From positions 1 to 38,150 of the forward strand of contig FLMG01004013.1 of NCBI GenBank assembly GCA_900088475.1: a stretch of DNA of 38,150 nucleotides, given 5' to 3'. The position numbers and the translations under genes were made by a program. This document shows positions 33,289 through 38,150 of the stretch, piece after piece. This DNA is from Hyphochytrium catenoides (taxonomy: Eukaryota > Protista > Hyphochytriomycota). The notes under the pieces were generated by a model. It searched no databases. It saw only the letters and a program-made list of their open reading frames with translations, and had not been told where the DNA came from. The stretch's first letter is position 1. Each line of letters starts with the position of its first letter.

Positions 33289-36200
33289 CTACAGCTGCGA
33301 TAACCCTTTGCGCCATTCAGGGACTGCTCTGCTCCCAAAGGGCCGATGTCCGTAAAGTTTGCCTGGCGCATGCACGGCACTCTCCGCGCCCACAATGTAC
33401 TCATCGTGGGCTGATTTCTGTCCATCTTCCGGAACTTTCTTCCTCTCGCCTTTGTGACTCTGACAGACAGCAACTGACGTTATTCATCGTGTCCACTCGT
33501 AGCCCTTTGACCTCTTGAATGGTTCTCTACCTTGAAGGCCTTTGTCTCTTGGAAAAGCCTGAGCGGATCTCTGGGGCCCTTAGGCACCGCCGCGACGTCT
33601 TCTGGTAGTACTGCGCCTTGATTCCTTAGTACTTCTTTCTCTACCTCCTTTCTCTTCTGCTGACCCAGCTCCTTGTATTGTACCAGCCTCTCCTGCACTC
33701 GTTGCTCTATCTTGGCCTAGAGGAACACGCAAGATCAAAAGCTGGCGCCTTTGAGGCTCTCATTCTGCACCACTTCTCAGCCTAAGGAAGTCTCACTTTT
33801 CCTGGTCTGTTCTCATGCCCGTGTCTCAAAATAACTACCACCATGATCCACTCCATTCCTGCTTAGTCCTCCTCTTGCTCCTGTTCACTTAGATTGTTTC
33901 CTTCTCGCAGCCATAAAGTTATGTAACTCAAAGGGAAAGATCTGACTTGCCGTCTAACTAGACAATAAACAGCTTACCAGAGACTTTCTTCGGTCTGCTC
34001 TCGTTCTCTCCCGTTTGGCTTCTTCTTCCTTCAGCTTCTTCTGTTCTTCCTCTTCTTTCTGTCTCTTCCGCTGCGCAAGCTGCTGCTTAACCTCTGCTCT
34101 GCGTCTCATTTCTTTCTCAAGTTCAGATTGTCTCCTGGCCTTTTCTCTTTTTGCCCTTTCTTGCTCTTGTTGCTGCTTCTTCTCATGAAACTCTCGTACA
34201 AGCTCTCTTTTGCGATCATTCTCGAGCTTCTTTTGGAGTCTGCTCTCAGCTCCGCCTTCCTTCACTGTACTATCTCCCGCTTCCGCCCCCATTGCGGGAC
34301 GCTTATCGCTCAGACGTTCCGCTTCAGGGGAGCTGAGAAGCTCTTGCATTGATCGCCTCTACGAACATAGCAGGCAGTGAAGCCAAAGTTGAGGGACAGG
34401 GGATATGAAGTTTAGAGCCACAGTTAAAACCTGCCACGAGCAAAATTCCTGGCAATAGCTCACCTCTTCTTTCTCTTTTTCTTTCTCCTTCTTCCATCGC
34501 TCTACGAGGTCTCTCTTGGCTACTTTCAGAATCTCCAACTTGCAGAATGAGAGAAAGTGGGCCCGTATCGACCCTTCTGACTTATTTGGGATGCGAGAGG
34601 AACCCTCTACCTCCAGCCTTCTCAAACGCGCTTCCTCCCTGCCGAAGTCGAGAAAGGCGGACAGGATACAGACAAGTCAAGACGAGATATTAAATATAAA
34701 AGCAACAGCCCGATGTTACAGAAGGCGAGGAAGGAAGTAGAACCGTCATCCATCCGAGAACCTAGTAGTCTGTAGGTTCCGGAACTGCGGGCGTGAGATA
34801 GGTACACGACAAGATGACTTTGGAAGACTTGAGAGGTATAAAGATGTGTGCAGCGAACAAGATAATCTTAGACATGTCTTACTTTGGTGCAAGATCTGTG
34901 AAGGGGTACTTCTCTATCAAGGACTGCAATCCTAGCTTCTGCACCAGCTGGAGGAAGACGTGATGATCATAGAAGTGCCATCCGCACTGCTCACCTAACT
35001 AGAAGATTGAGAAGGACAATTTTGCGTCAAGTGACAAAGGAGAAAGCGAGAAAGCGCAAGATAAGCGGAGGCGAAAGAAAGAGAGAAGCAGCACAGCCAG
35101 CAGCGAGCTTCAGCGCGCTGACACTAGTGATGTGATGATGCATGCAAGAGCAGACAGGATTACCGAAGCGATTTGGCGATTGAGACGATCTATCTCTTGG
35201 GTTGTCGCACTTTCACCGGTACGTACAGCCTCTAAAGCTCCGGACGATCCTGAAGGTTTGGAAAGAACTCTTAGTAGCTTCCCTCTTATTGGGGTGTAGG
35301 TGGGCAAAGATAGACCTAGGTCTGCCTAGGCCAATTACCTGAAGAGCGTGTAGAGTTTCTGCCAATGCTCCGGGCGGAAGGCATCGAATCCCATAGTGCG
35401 AGTTGCTGCTCGAAGCGGGAGATCTGGGGATTCCGAAAGGCAATTCAGAGAATGACGAGAGCCCAAAGAGATGAGGGTCATTGTATATCCCTATTGCGGC
35501 TACTTTCCAACTCTTAATTGTGGGCTTGGTCCTCCGCTTTCCTCTTATCAGCTATCAGTTAGGTATCTAGAGCCACCCCTGTCTCATGTGTGTCCGGACC
35601 TACGTAGAAGCTTTGCCCTTCACTCTCTCTGTTAATTCGCCCTTGCACTTCCGCCTTCTTCCGTCTTCGCTCTTCTCACGTGAATTTCTCGTTCTTCCTA
35701 ACCCTCCTTGCTGTTGTTCTTACAAATCCTCTCGTCTTCCCAATTGATCTCTCATCTTCCTAATTGGTGTCTCACCTCTCTGTCTAACTCCCGCTCCTCC
35801 TCCATCAGAGCCCTGTACTTTGCTCGCTGTGTCTCCTTGAGCCCCAGCACTCCTTTTTCAAAACCCTCTATTTTCGCCTGCGGCAGTAAATGATCTTAGC
35901 CAGATAAGGGACCAGGGCAGTTCAAAAGCGTAGAACTTCCTCGGCGAACGTGGAGCCTGATAATAGATTGAGAAGGAACTGACACAAAGTGGTCACTAGC
36001 TGGGCATGGAGGTGGGAGGGGAAGAGAATAAAAAGGGGAACGGAGAACGGGGAAGATCTGCAAGGCAGTGAAAGAGAAAGGTAAGGCACACAAAGAATGC
36101 AAAGAGACCCGGAAGAAAGCAGAAGCGTCATGTGAGGAGGGGGTGGAATGTGAAAGTAAAAGGAAAGACAACCTGCAAAGCTAAAGACGAGTCTTTGCCC

Positions 36201-38102
36201 TGTCGGAGATCATGAACCAGTTTGGAGGCATCTCGAGAAAAAGACCGGAGGGAGGCAATGGCCTTTAAGAGGCTTCCAGTCTCTTGCAGCCGAGATCCAG
36301 CACTTTCTTTGTCCTCAGCATCCAAGCTCTGAAGAATCTGAACACAATGGAGAGGACAGAGGGCCGTTTGATTCGCTGAGAAGATTGAAGGTGAGAAGTA
36401 CGACAGCGTTCAGACCAAATCCTAGCAATGTAGCTAGGGAACGACCCTTCTTTTGCTCTCTCTATTCTTTGACCTCTAACCTTCAAGCACCAGGATATAC
36501 TTTGTCCCAGCATTCAAAAGAACAACCTTAATTTGCCTTCCTTCCCTCTCCATCGCCTTTTAGTACTTTGCTTTCCTCTTCTCTGTGCTAAGCTTCTCAG
36601 ATACATGGCTCGTCCTGTCCCCTAGAAGTAAATCTGACAGATGTCTTACCGCCTTAGTTTCCGAGGAGGCTCCTTGGCAGAGCAGCTTGATGTCTCTCTC
36701 TGCCGCGTGAGTCCTCTGTACGAGTTGATGGTATCCTTGCACCCACTCATGCTGCATCATAGACATCATCCCCCGGGGCGATAGAGAGTCAGAGGCGTGC
36801 AGAAGATAAGCGGTTCCAACATGAGGAGAAGAGAGAGACAGACTAGAGCCAAACTGAAGGAAAACACCTGATAATGGAGAGGATAAGGAGCGGAAGAGAG
36901 GCTCTTGCTGCCAGACAGCTTACTTTTGCTCGCTGCTGTTCTTTCTTCCGCTCCCTCGCGTTGGGTTTACTTGTCTGAGGTTCTCTCTTGGAGAACGAAG
37001 TCCGGCCTCTGTGAAAAGATGAAGGAGATGGGGAAGAAGTGGCAGACTCTTCTCCATGGATACCGCTAGAGAGGATGTGGGGAAGACCGAGGGGGTGGAG
37101 AAAGAGGGAGAAGAGAGAGAGAGAGAGAGATGTCAAATTAAGGAGTACTGAGAACAGAGCGGGGGCGTGAATGGAACGAGAGGATGAGGCAGGATGAAGC
37201 GAAGAGGAAGTCGGAAAAGTGACTGACCTTTCTCCCACCACCCATGCCGCTCGTAACTCTCCCAAAGGCCTGTTTGTGAAAGACGCTGAGAGAGAATCGT
37301 CATGCAAAAATTAATTGCAGATTATGAGAGAGAAAAAGAGAAAGAGACAGAAACAAACAAAAAAAGAGGAGGGGAGGGAGAAAAGAGAGAGAGAGAGGGA
37401 GAGAGAGAGAGAGAGAGAAAGGAGAGAGAGAGAGAAAGAAGGAGACTGAGAGAGAGAGAAAGATTGTAGTCGGAAGGCGGAGGGCAGAGAGAGAGAGGAG
37501 ATGCTTTGAGAGATGGAGATAGCGAGAAGAGATGTTGAGAGAAGAGGAGATGCAATGGAGGAAAGGTTGTACGGGAGAGGAGAGAGACTGAAGACGTGAA
37601 AGAAGAGAAGGAAAGTTGGAAGGATAGAAGAGAATGCCAGCAGTGAGGTTACAGTCCAAGAGAACCTTCTCCTTCCTCTTCTGTTTGATGAGGCTGCTCC
37701 TCACGGGTTAAGAGCTTTTCTCCATTTTTTATACTTTGCTCTTCTGCTCCTCTGTCGTCAAGCTTCCTTGTTGTCTTCTCTTCCAACATATTTCCTTCTC
37801 CTTCGAGGCTTGCAGCCTCTCCTTGAGGAGAAGAACGGCAGCACAAAAGACCGCCAGCAGAGAAAGAAAAGAGAGAGAGACCGGGAGAGGGGGAGAGAGA
37901 GAGGGGGGCAAGCCCAAAGGCTTACATGGTTGAAGGGCAGTAAGAGCAATAAAGAGTTCCAGGCGGAAGGACCATCGTTCTCGAGAGGAAGTTGGGCTGG
38001 GCCAGAGATGGAGGACTCTCTACTGTCCGAGTACGAGTTCTCTACGGAGGAAGAAGAGGCGCGACTTGCCGCTGCTGGGTGCTGCATCCGTCCTCTTCCC
38101 AT
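33289..38102 (-). CDS. CCDC112-like coiled-coil protein (multi-exon; 5' end uncertain)
   Basis: Spliced exons give family-like motifs LKETQRAKYRALMEEERELDRE, GEQCGWHFYDHHVFLQ, IPNKSEGSIRAH..KRDLVERWKKEK, RDPLRLFQET and terminal RAVPEWRKGL; TAG at 33291-33289. Upstream exons near 36923-37065, 37227-37270 and 37667-37822 join in phase to HEWVQG.. The ATG at 38102 is tentative and the gene may start outside the window. Confidence 0.75.
37325..37500. repeat. AG-rich microsatellite (CT on the sense strand) in a CCDC112-like intron
   Basis: Read directly. Confidence 0.88.
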
Positions 38103-38109
38103 TCTGATG

Positions 38110-38150
38110 GAGAGAGGGAGAGAGAAAAAAAGAGAGAGAGAGAGAGAGAG
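38110..38150. repeat. AG-rich tract at the window edge
   Basis: Read directly; forms a polypyrimidine tract before a CAG at ~38104-38106 on the minus strand. Confidence 0.85.

Noticed and set aside
18844-38102. Introner-like repeated introns
   Set aside because: By eye the introns share no sequence similarity beyond splice signals and pyrimidine tracts; an all-vs-all BLASTN would confirm.
1-38150. Alternative genetic code or stop readthrough, suggested by fragmented ORFs
   Set aside because: The genes I could splice give open frames with standard introns, and TAA, TAG and TGA all occur as real terminators.

Overview
Intron-rich eukaryotic genomic DNA (GT-AG introns of about 50-550 nt, CT/AG microsatellites, one 43-N gap, standard code). 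Gene content suggests a stramenopile-like protist; that is an inference. The right half holds five identifiable genes that I spliced by hand: an intronless WRKY19-like Cys/His zinc-finger protein (+), DEK (-), ribophorin I/OST1 (+), transportin-1 (-) and a CCDC112-like coiled-coil protein (-). The left 16 kb is the interesting part. It has two intact tandem paralogues of an unrecognised protein with about 12 TM helices, built from two 6-TM repeats and sharing an identical 5-exon structure. The apparently 'intergenic' DNA on both sides contains four heavily decayed, collinear copies of the same gene, in the order +,-,[A-],[B-],+,-. This looks like a local birth-and-death cluster of an orphan membrane receptor/channel-like family. 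A secreted Gly-rich protein (signal peptide + SLR...RRL), absent from the ORF track, starts at 197 and runs off the left edge. All exon boundaries and alignments were made by eye; none were computed.
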